Positions 8,819 through 16,752 of a DNA stretch of 27,924 nucleotides are shown piece after piece. Position numbers and translations under genes: made by a program. The notes below the pieces were generated by a model. That model was not told where the DNA came from, ran no database searches, and saw only the letters and a program-made list of their open reading frames with translations. The stretch spans positions 1 to 27,924 of the forward strand of contig JBHLNS010000043.1 in assembly GCA_048941285.1 (NCBI GenBank), given 5' to 3'. Positions within the stretch are counted from its first letter, which is position 1. The number at the start of each line of letters is the position of its first letter. Source of the stretch: Promethearchaeota archaeon (GTDB lineage Archaea; Asgardarchaeota; Lokiarchaeia; Sigyniarchaeales; SOKP01).

Positions 8819-8991
8819 GTATTATAAACCTTTTTTATTTCAATTTATTAAATTCTAATTATTAAATTAAAAAATACTTTGATGCGATTATATTTTTAGT
8901 TTTCTCCTTTTTGCTATAATCGAATATACCTATGGTTAAAAGGAGGCAGTTTAAGAATTTTTATATAGAATATATAATGAAGTTCTAAATT

Positions 8992-9996
8992 CTATACTAA
9001 ATTATTTATTATTATTTCAGAAATATCTCCAGCATATTCTCCCGTTCTTCTAATGCTTTCAATAATATACCCAATTGCTATTGACAATTCAGCACTATTG
9101 GTAGTATCAAGAGATATTTTTTCCGTAGTTAAAATTAATTCCTTTATCGCTTCTATATTTTGATTTGCTAGTAAAATACTTTTTTGAAGCCATGCATCAA
9201 GGCTTTTATCTAACAAATCTAATGCTAATTTACTTGCTACTAAGATGTTTTTAATTAAACCATTTTCAATCTTTTTGTAATCTATTAGTAGTACATTCTT
9301 AGCAATACGAACTGCATGATCCCCAACCCTTTCGAGAAACCTCGATATTTGTTGGAAATGATTTGCTTGCTCTAACGTTAAACCCATCTTTTGGCAGAGA
9401 ATGATGTCTCTCAATGCTATGTGAGATTGACGACCAATTAACCAATGTAATCTATCGACATCATTATCTCGTTTTATTACGTCTTCTGCTAAGTTTTTAT
9501 CACCCATTTCTAAAGCTTTAATTGCATCAAAATGCATGTCGTGAACAAGAATATACATTCTTTTTATGGTTTTTTCGAAAGGCATTTCGGTTGGATTGAG
9601 CAAATCTTTAATTACTATGAAATTATTAGATTCTTCAACTACTTCAGGACCAATTGCTATTTGAGTGAAATTATTGATACAATCTCTAATATAAGTTTCA
9701 AATTTCTTACTAGATTTAATTATAATTTTCGAAAAGCCCATTATATATGATCCAATTAAAACACGGAAAAAATAATTGTCGTCCTTAAATTCATCTACAA
9801 CTATCTCTTTAGTCTTGATTATTTTTTCACTATCAATTTGAGGAGTTATTAGCAAATTTCCATCAGGTTGAGATAAAATACCAAGAGTATCTTTTGATTC
9901 TATCCCATTTTTATCAATCCATATCTTTGGCAAGCTTATAATATAAGAACTTCCCCCCGTTTTCTGAACTTTTCTTGTTTCTATATGAAATGACAT
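8992..9996 (-). CDS. phoU: Archaeal phosphate uptake regulator (N-terminal AbrB/SpoVT DNA-binding domain plus PhoU repeats)
   Basis: ETRKVQKTGGSSYIISLPKIW (AbrB-like), DNDVDRLH, LERVGDHA and ESIRRTGEYAGDISE. Confidence 0.93.
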   Translation of the reverse strand: MSFHIETRKVQKTGGSSYIISLPKIWIDKNGIESKDTLGILSQPDGNLLITPQIDSEKIIKTKEIVVDEFKDDNYFFRVLIGSYIMGFSKIIIKSSKKFETYIRDCINNFTQIAIGPEVVEESNNFIVIKDLLNPTEMPFEKTIKRMYILVHDMHFDAIKALEMGDKNLAEDVIKRDNDVDRLHWLIGRQSHIALRDIILCQKMGLTLEQANHFQQISRFLERVGDHAVRIAKNVLLIDYKKIENGLIKNILVASKLALDLLDKSLDAWLQKSILLANQNIEAIKELILTTEKISLDTTNSAELSIAIGYIIESIRRTGEYAGDISEIIINNLV

Positions 9997-10056
9997 GTTT
10001 TTATCCCTTTTCTTCTATTTATATAAAAATAAGAAACAATATATTTAAATACTAAT

Positions 10057-10137
10057 CTATATATACTATATATTTTTATTCGTTTTTATATGTTCTTCAG
10101 CTAGTTTTCTTAAAAAGAGCCTATATTAAATATATAG
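10057..10137. promoter_or_regulatory. CTATATA box cluster upstream of phoU
   Basis: CTATATA at 10057 and 10066 (9-nt period). Palindrome CTATAT-N5-ATATAG at 10121-10137. Confidence 0.55.
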
Positions 10138-10243
10138 ATGATCTTTTTATGAATGATTTTATTATTTTATTCAGAAAACAAGATATCTCATATTAAAGTA
10201 AAATAAAAAATGTAAATTTTAAATAAAATTAGTTGATTTTTAT

Positions 10244-10870
10244 ATGGATTCTTATAACAAAATACCCGAGGCTGAAATTAAGCCTGTAGGAGAGATATCA
10301 AAAAAATTATTAAACCTTGGAATTAAATCATTTAGAGAAGCTTGTGAGTATATTCATAATATAGAATACGGTTATAATACTAATTATGATGATATGATGA
10401 TTCTATTTAAGGAGAATAAGGGTACTTGTACAACTAAACACGCCACAATTGCAGGATTGGCTAAAGAACTCGGAATACCTCTTTATAAACACGTTGGTGT
10501 TTATAAATTTACAGAACAAATCTCTACTGGCACTAATGAAATTCTGTTGAAATATAAAATTCCATACGTTCCAATGGTACACTGTTTTTTGGTTTATAAA
10601 GATTTTCGATTTGATCTAACGGAAGGTAATTGTAATGGAAAAAATACAACTCTAGAAGAATTTATTCATGAAGAAAAAGTAGATCCTTTCATTAGCAGAA
10701 AAGATGAATATTTACTGCTTAAAAGAGTTATAAAGGAAAAAGTCTTACCATCTAAAGAAATGGAAGGGATTAAAGAGAGATCAATTCTAAAAGCTAGAGA
10801 AGAAGCAATTATTCTTTTAAAAGAAAATATGGAAAGACAAAAAAAATTGATTATAAATTACAGTAGCTAA
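10244..10870 (+). CDS. Hypothetical protein, transglutaminase-like (Cys-His-Asp) fold candidate
   Basis: KGTCTTKH, VHCFL and FDLT occur in the order expected for a transglutaminase-like triad. Confidence 0.65.
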   Translation: MDSYNKIPEAEIKPVGEISKKLLNLGIKSFREACEYIHNIEYGYNTNYDDMMILFKENKGTCTTKHATIAGLAKELGIPLYKHVGVYKFTEQISTGTNEILLKYKIPYVPMVHCFLVYKDFRFDLTEGNCNGKNTTLEEFIHEEKVDPFISRKDEYLLLKRVIKEKVLPSKEMEGIKERSILKAREEAIILLKENMERQKKLIINYSS

Positions 10871-10889
10871 GTTGAGATGTATAAATATA

Positions 10890-11582
10890 CTAAATTCCTT
10901 TTTCACTAGTTAATAAAACCATTATATAATCTGCGACACCTTCAATTGAATCTGAAATGGCTTCAAGAATATCGAAAATATTCCCTACGGTAAATATAGT
11001 GAAAAAATTTACATCATAATGAGTTTCTTGGAGGCTTTTTCTAAGTTGTATGTTAAGAAGATCAATTTTATGCTCGTGTTGATTTATTTGCCTTGCAATC
11101 TCTTTAACATTTTTTCTATCTTCTACTAAATCTATGACAATTTTATCAAGGAATTCTCCACACTCAACAGATGTTGTCATAATTTGACTGGCCAGACTTA
11201 AAGTTTCCTCACTGCTTTGTTCCCAAAATTTAATTGGTACCGTAGCAATCCTTCGAGCAACACCTGTACAACAATTTGCAACGTCATCCATCCTCTTAAC
11301 CAAATGAGATAAGTTTTGCCGTATACTAGGATCTAATTCTCCTCTGGAAATATCTTGTTGTATTGTTCTTCTTAATTTATCTGCGTCTCTTTCTAAAATA
11401 TCAACTTCATGAAAAATACTAGATGATTTATCAAGGTTCTTTTCATTCAAAAGCATTTGCAATCCTTCATCTAGCTTCCTTACACATTCTTGTACTTTTT
11501 GAGCATGTTTTATGGTCTTTTCTAATGCATTTAAAGCAGTTTCTCTTTTCAAATATTCAATTAAAGAGCCCATTTTCATCAA
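10890..11582 (-). CDS. DUF47 (PhoU-fold) phosphate transport regulator
   Basis: LERDADKLRR, RMDDVAN, HEHKID and LEAISDSIEGVAD. Adjacent to PiT. Start is TTG 11582 or ATG 11579. Confidence 0.88.
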   Translation of the reverse strand: MMKMGSLIEYLKRETALNALEKTIKHAQKVQECVRKLDEGLQMLLNEKNLDKSSSIFHEVDILERDADKLRRTIQQDISRGELDPSIRQNLSHLVKRMDDVANCCTGVARRIATVPIKFWEQSSEETLSLASQIMTTSVECGEFLDKIVIDLVEDRKNVKEIARQINQHEHKIDLLNIQLRKSLQETHYDVNFFTIFTVGNIFDILEAISDSIEGVADYIMVLLTSEKGI

Positions 11583-11604
11583 TTTTTTATTTATTTTCTA
11601 TTAT

Positions 11605-11631
11605 CTATATAGAATATATAGAAATATATAT
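11605..11631. promoter_or_regulatory. TATATAG box cluster between pit and DUF47
   Basis: CTATATAGAATATATAGAAATATATA. Units at 11606, 11615 and 11625, with palindrome CTATAT-N5-ATATAG at 11605-11621. Confidence 0.55.
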
Positions 11632-11652
11632 TTTGTTATTATTTTTTATTGA

Positions 11653-12690
11653 TCAAGAAATACCAAATATACTAAATCCAAAATAAATAGAACCAGCTAA
11701 TATCGCAGCTATAGGAAATGTTAATACCCAAAAGATTGCCATTTTGCCTAGTCCTTTATAATCTACTTCTTTTTTTTGAGCAAGGCTCATACCAACTATA
11801 CAGAAAACAATTACATGGCTATGGGAAATTGGTAAAGCAAATAATGTTGCAATCATTAATATAATTGCCGAGCTTAACTGAATAATAAATCCTTCACTCG
11901 GGCGTGTATCAATCATATGAGATGCCAGATTTCTGATTACATATCGTGCAGCAAAGTAAATCCCGAGAAATGAAAAGATCGCACATATTATTGCAAATGT
12001 AAAATATAGCCCACTTGTAATTGAATTATTTTCTCTAAGTCCTAAGAGTATACCTAATGCTTCTCCTGAATTAGCACCAACCCATATCTCTGCAAAAATA
12101 ACAGCAATCAATAAAAACCACTTAAATCTTTTTTCAGACTTTTCAATTTGATTTAATCCCCTTAATCTTGATAAGAAAAATTTAGCACTTATTTTAAAGA
12201 GAATATATGTTACTAACAGACCTGATATTGGTGATATAAACCAACTTAAAACAACATCTCTTAATTTCTCATAATTGAATGCTGTATTAATATCAATACC
12301 CCCTTGAAAGATAGCATATACAACAACAACACCTACAATGCTACCTATAAGTGAGTGAGTACTGCTTAAAGGTATACCCGCAAAACTACCTATTACTAAC
12401 CATATAATACTACTAATTAAAACCGTTAAAAGCATGTAATTAGTGTATTGCGATTCTAAACCCTCTCCTAAAAGACTTTTTCCCACCGTTTCTGGGACAA
12501 AACCACCACTGAAAAGTATCATACCACTCCCTATTGCGATACCCCCTAAAATCAATGCTATTTTAAATTTCAAAACGCCAGCACCAACTAAGGAAGCAAG
12601 AGTTTCATCATTAGCACCAATACTAAAGGCTAAGCCAACAGCCATCATAACTAGGACTATAACTAAGATTATCGTTAATTCTTCAGCCAT
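11653..12690 (-). CDS. pit: PiT (PHO4/SLC20) family inorganic phosphate transporter, divergent
   Basis: IGAND, GIPLSSTHSLIG and SWFISP in the first repeat. GANS, LPISHSH and WVLTFP in the second repeat. Confidence 0.88.
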   Translation of the reverse strand: MAEELTIILVIVLVMMAVGLAFSIGANDETLASLVGAGVLKFKIALILGGIAIGSGMILFSGGFVPETVGKSLLGEGLESQYTNYMLLTVLISSIIWLVIGSFAGIPLSSTHSLIGSIVGVVVVYAIFQGGIDINTAFNYEKLRDVVLSWFISPISGLLVTYILFKISAKFFLSRLRGLNQIEKSEKRFKWFLLIAVIFAEIWVGANSGEALGILLGLRENNSITSGLYFTFAIICAIFSFLGIYFAARYVIRNLASHMIDTRPSEGFIIQLSSAIILMIATLFALPISHSHVIVFCIVGMSLAQKKEVDYKGLGKMAIFWVLTFPIAAILAGSIYFGFSIFGIS

Positions 12691-12713
12691 ATTTGTTCTT
12701 GTCTTTTAATTTT

Positions 12714-13376
12714 TTAATCAAAAATTAGGTATTTTGTTGCAAGAAACTGAATATATTCAGAGAAATCTTTCATATGATCGGCTAACATCATTATATCTTC
12801 AATTAAATTCTTCAAGTATAAAAATGTTCTAGATAGATAATCCATATCATAATTATAAAGACGATTTAATAAGCTCCATTCTTCATTTCTCATTTTCCTT
12901 CGTTCTTCTTTAATATCCTCACATATATCCTGAGCTTTACTAAGATCAGAGCCAATTAATTTCACTGCATCTGATACATTATTAGAGATTGTTCTTAGTG
13001 ATTTTAACACACTTTGAATTTGAAGCTTAAATTGCTCATCTGGAAAAACAACTTTATAAAGCAGCATACGATTTGCTAAATATTCTCCTATATTTTTAAT
13101 ATCATTAATTTTATTGAATAACTTTAATCTATCGGCCTTAGAGAACATTAATTTAGATTTGAATATTTTAGATTCAAATTTTTTTTTTATTTTAACCTCA
13201 GTGTTTGTATCTATTACGTAATTCAGATTTTCTTTAAATTTAGCGAAATCTTCTTTAACAAGACATTCTATTCCTTTTATCAACGTGATATTTTGTTCAT
13301 GTATGTTATCCATGAATAATTTTGTTAACTCATCAATACTGAGCTTATTTAAATCTGTATCCTCAATCTTTTTCAT
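12714..13376 (-). CDS. Divergent DUF47/PhoU-fold protein
   Basis: Similar size and helical pattern to its neighbours (DRLKL..KINDI, IEDIMMLADHMKDFSE), but lacks the ExxAD/EHxxD motifs. Ends 23 nt before pit. Confidence 0.65.
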   Translation of the reverse strand: MKKIEDTDLNKLSIDELTKLFMDNIHEQNITLIKGIECLVKEDFAKFKENLNYVIDTNTEVKIKKKFESKIFKSKLMFSKADRLKLFNKINDIKNIGEYLANRMLLYKVVFPDEQFKLQIQSVLKSLRTISNNVSDAVKLIGSDLSKAQDICEDIKEERRKMRNEEWSLLNRLYNYDMDYLSRTFLYLKNLIEDIMMLADHMKDFSEYIQFLATKYLIFD

Positions 13377-13401
13377 TTTCTATAATATTCTTTTTTATAT
13401 C

Positions 13402-13442
13402 CTATATAGTAAATATATTTTCTATTAAATTTCTATATATAG
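13402..13442. promoter_or_regulatory. CTATATA box cluster upstream of the divergent DUF47-pit unit
   Basis: CTATATAGTAAATATAT at 13402-13418 and CTATATATAG at 13433-13442. Confidence 0.5.
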
Positions 13443-13628
13443 TTTTATTTAATTGTTAAATTATTAATCTCAAAATATGAAGCTGAATAAGAGAAAATTT
13501 AGATATTCTCCTCTTATTAAAAGTTCTACTCTCTAAGTAAAATAACTCCAAATTTAGCAATATAAAACATAAAAAATAAGGAACGAATAAAAATTTCAAC
13601 TAGAATTATTTTATAATATAATTTTACA

Positions 13629-14324
13629 TCATTTTAGCTTTAAGGTCTTCTTAGCAACAGTCAACATGATAATGTAGTCAGCGACGTCTTCAGCATTATC
13701 ACTAACAGCTTCTAACGAGGATACCGAATTATGAATTTCGATTGCACTAAAGGGATTAATATCTGGATTTTTGGACACCAAAATTCTATTTATCCCATGA
13801 CGTAATTCGTCGCATTTATGTTCTAATACATTAATTTCTTCTCCTAGCTGCGTTATTTCCTCTTCTTTCGCGGTCAATAATTTATTTACCATAATATTTA
13901 CTTTCTTAACTGCTTCTACAGATATGCTAGTCATTTCTAAAAATTTCATATGAACTTCCGCATCCAATTTTAAAAAATCGGAATGATTCATATAAATGAA
14001 TATTCTGGCTCCTGCATTAGCAGCATTCGCTATATCATCAATCCTCTGAGTAAGATGAATCAAACTCTCACGAATTGTTGATGAGATCTCTGATTTTGAA
14101 ATCATATTCATTATATTTCTCCGGATCCCATCAGCTTGATGTTCTAATTCATCAACACGAAAAAAAACTTTTAACGATAGATCGATATTTTTTTCATTAA
14201 GTAGATAAGACATAGCTTTTTCGTATTCAACCACACACTCAAGAACTTTTTGCATATGAATTAACGTCTTATTTATAACATTTTCTTCATTACGCGATTT
14301 AAACCATTCAAATAATGAACTCAT
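13629..14324 (-). CDS. DUF47 (PhoU-fold) phosphate transport regulator
   Basis: LEHQADGIRR, RIDDIAN, LEHKCD and LEAVSDNAEDVAD. SD GGAGGT at 14335-14340. Confidence 0.9.
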   Translation of the reverse strand: MSSLFEWFKSRNEENVINKTLIHMQKVLECVVEYEKAMSYLLNEKNIDLSLKVFFRVDELEHQADGIRRNIMNMISKSEISSTIRESLIHLTQRIDDIANAANAGARIFIYMNHSDFLKLDAEVHMKFLEMTSISVEAVKKVNIMVNKLLTAKEEEITQLGEEINVLEHKCDELRHGINRILVSKNPDINPFSAIEIHNSVSSLEAVSDNAEDVADYIIMLTVAKKTLKLK

Positions 14325-14362
14325 TTCATTAACGACCTCCTTTTATAATTATTTTTATAACA

Positions 14363-15586
14363 TTATTCCAATTTTAATACTTCTTTTATAATATTGAATC
14401 CTGGATGTTTGAATATAATTCCCAACTCTTTTGGAAAATAAACAGTAACTTCTGAATTTTCTATAAAAGTACTATGAACTTCACTAGTTGCAGGAATTGT
14501 GACTACTATTATCTTTTCTTGTTCTTTTAGATTAATAAGAACTTCAAATCGATAAAAAACACCCATAAACTTACGTCGTTTTATCGTTCCAAAAATGGAG
14601 TTTTTCTTGTCTTTTACTCTATTTCCAATTCTTATCTTCATATGGTTTGCTCTAACTACTAATAATATTTTATCTCCATGATTAATTATATTATGTTTAT
14701 CTTTTGGTACATAAGAAACAAATATTTCATCTAATCCTATATCAATAGGCATAGGAGATGAATCTTCATGTATTTTAGCAAAAAATTTGTCTTTCTGTTT
14801 AGATGTCTTATGAATATCCCATGCTGGTATAGTCTTTTTTATACATACTCCCTCAAAATAATTAATTTCACTCATGAAGTTAGCAACAAAAAGACTTTTT
14901 GGATTATAATAGATTTGATCAGGCGTACCTAATTGTATGAGCCGTCCTTGGTTCATGATGGCAATACGATCAGCTAACATCATTGCTTCTCTTTCATCAT
15001 TTGTTACATGAATTGAGGTAAGCCCTAATTGCGATGATTTAGCCATTAATAATAATTCCCTTCTCAAATTCATCCTTAAACCAGCATCAAGTGCTTTTAA
15101 CGGTTCATCTAAAATTAACAATTTTGTATGCTCTAAATTTAAAAGCGCTCGACATAATGCTACTCGTTGTCTCATGCCACCACTTAGTTCATCTGGAAAT
15201 GCATCATTCCTTCCAGTAAGGAGAGTCATCATTAAAACTTGATCTACTAATGTTTGAGTTTGAGCCATATCACGAGCATGTACTCGTCCACTATAAGAAA
15301 TATTTTCAACAATATTCATGTGAGGAAACAAGGCATAATTTTCAAACATAAACCCTAGGTTTCTTTCTTCTGAGGTTTGGTTTGTCACATCTTTACTATC
15401 GAAGAAAACTTTTCCCGAATCTGGTTTTAAAAGGCCTGCAAGGATTTTAAGTAGTGTTGTCTTGCCTGCCCCAGTGGGGCCAAGAATTACAAAATATTCT
15501 TTATCCTTTATTTCGAGAGAAATAGTATCAAGAGCTTTAAAATTTCTGAAATTCTTATTGACATCTTTTAATTCTATATGTACCAT
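14363..15586 (-). CDS. ABC importer ATPase 2 (PotA/MalK/CysA-like, TOBE-like C-terminus) with degenerate Q-loop and H-switch
   Basis: Walker A GPTGAGKTT, signature LSGGMRQR, Walker B LLILDEP. Q-loop reads FENY and H-switch reads VTND. Confidence 0.92.
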   Translation of the reverse strand: MVHIELKDVNKNFRNFKALDTISLEIKDKEYFVILGPTGAGKTTLLKILAGLLKPDSGKVFFDSKDVTNQTSEERNLGFMFENYALFPHMNIVENISYSGRVHARDMAQTQTLVDQVLMMTLLTGRNDAFPDELSGGMRQRVALCRALLNLEHTKLLILDEPLKALDAGLRMNLRRELLLMAKSSQLGLTSIHVTNDEREAMMLADRIAIMNQGRLIQLGTPDQIYYNPKSLFVANFMSEINYFEGVCIKKTIPAWDIHKTSKQKDKFFAKIHEDSSPMPIDIGLDEIFVSYVPKDKHNIINHGDKILLVVRANHMKIRIGNRVKDKKNSIFGTIKRRKFMGVFYRFEVLINLKEQEKIIVVTIPATSEVHSTFIENSEVTVYFPKELGIIFKHPGFNIIKEVLKLE

Positions 15587-15602
15587 TCAATAATCACCAT
15601 AT

Positions 15603-16748
15603 TTATGTTAAAGATAATTCTTTAAGAAGATTATTAGGAGTTCTAAATACATGGATATCATTTTGATGAATTCCAATAATTAATTCTTGCCCATGAACAA
15701 AATTTTCCTCAAAATTACCAGGTTTTATTGATGAGAACCTATCTCCATTATCTAATATTAAATAAAATCTCTTAGTTGCTCCTATGAATCTTGAACTTTC
15801 AAGAGTAGTCTTAAATAATTGCATTTTTGACCAATCATAAGGGCTATTTTCGAAATCATAATCCAGTGGAAATAAATAGACATCTTCAAATCGAAAAGCA
15901 ATTACAATATTGTCATCTAGATTAAATTTGTTATTAAAATTATTACATAATAGTTTCGGTCCTCCTAACCTTATCCAAACCTCCATCTTTTCTTTTTCAA
16001 TCAGTTTTAAGACAAAACCTTGGAGGAAATTAGTTTCTCCTAAAAAATTTGCTACAAATATACTATTTGGATTTTCATACAAATCATAAGGAGATCCCAT
16101 TTGTAAAACATTTCCAGAACGCATGATAATTATTTTATCAGCTATCGCCATTGCTTCCTCTTGATTGTGAGTGACATGAATAGCGGTAAGACCTAAATCC
16201 TTTATTAAATTTCTTAACTCATTACGAAAAACTTTTGAAACTTTTGGATCTAATGACCCTAATGGTTCATCCATGATTAAAATTTTCGCTCCAGTGGCGA
16301 TTGCTCTAGCAATTCCAAGTTTTTGCAACCCTGGATTTCCAAATATGTTTGGATATTCATCAGCATAATCTAATAATCCAACTTTGATCAAAGCTTCTTC
16401 AGCTTTTTTAATAATATAATTATCGGGATACCCACGCATTTCTAGACCAAAAGTCACATTTTCCCAGACAGTTAACTGATCAAAAATTTCAAAATGCTGA
16501 AATATGAAACCCATATCTCTATCTTCTGGGGGAATGCCCCTAATATCTTCGCCATTTATTAAGACTTTTCCCAATGAAGGTTCTTCTAGTCCTGCAATCA
16601 TTCTTAGTGTTGTTGTTTTTCCACATCCAGTAGGTCCAATTAAAAATACATATTCTCCATCTTCAATTTTTACGGAAATATTATCCACCGCAAGAACTTT
16701 TCCTGCATTAAATGTTTTTGTAACGTTAACTAACTCTATACTTGGCAT
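15603..16748 (-). CDS. ABC importer ATPase 1 (PotA/MalK/CysA-like) with degenerate signature motif
   Basis: Walker A GPTGCGKTT, Q-loop FQHF, Walker B ILIMDEP, H-switch VTHN. The signature position reads FGNPGLQK. Confidence 0.92.
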   Translation of the reverse strand: MPSIELVNVTKTFNAGKVLAVDNISVKIEDGEYVFLIGPTGCGKTTTLRMIAGLEEPSLGKVLINGEDIRGIPPEDRDMGFIFQHFEIFDQLTVWENVTFGLEMRGYPDNYIIKKAEEALIKVGLLDYADEYPNIFGNPGLQKLGIARAIATGAKILIMDEPLGSLDPKVSKVFRNELRNLIKDLGLTAIHVTHNQEEAMAIADKIIIMRSGNVLQMGSPYDLYENPNSIFVANFLGETNFLQGFVLKLIEKEKMEVWIRLGGPKLLCNNFNNKFNLDDNIVIAFRFEDVYLFPLDYDFENSPYDWSKMQLFKTTLESSRFIGATKRFYLILDNGDRFSSIKPGNFEENFVHGQELIIGIHQNDIHVFRTPNNLLKELSLT

Positions 16749-16752
16749 AAGG

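Noticed and set aside
13486-13518. 8-bp inverted repeat AATAAGAG/CTCTTATT
   Set aside because: Short, AT-rich and with a long loop, so it cannot be told apart from chance.
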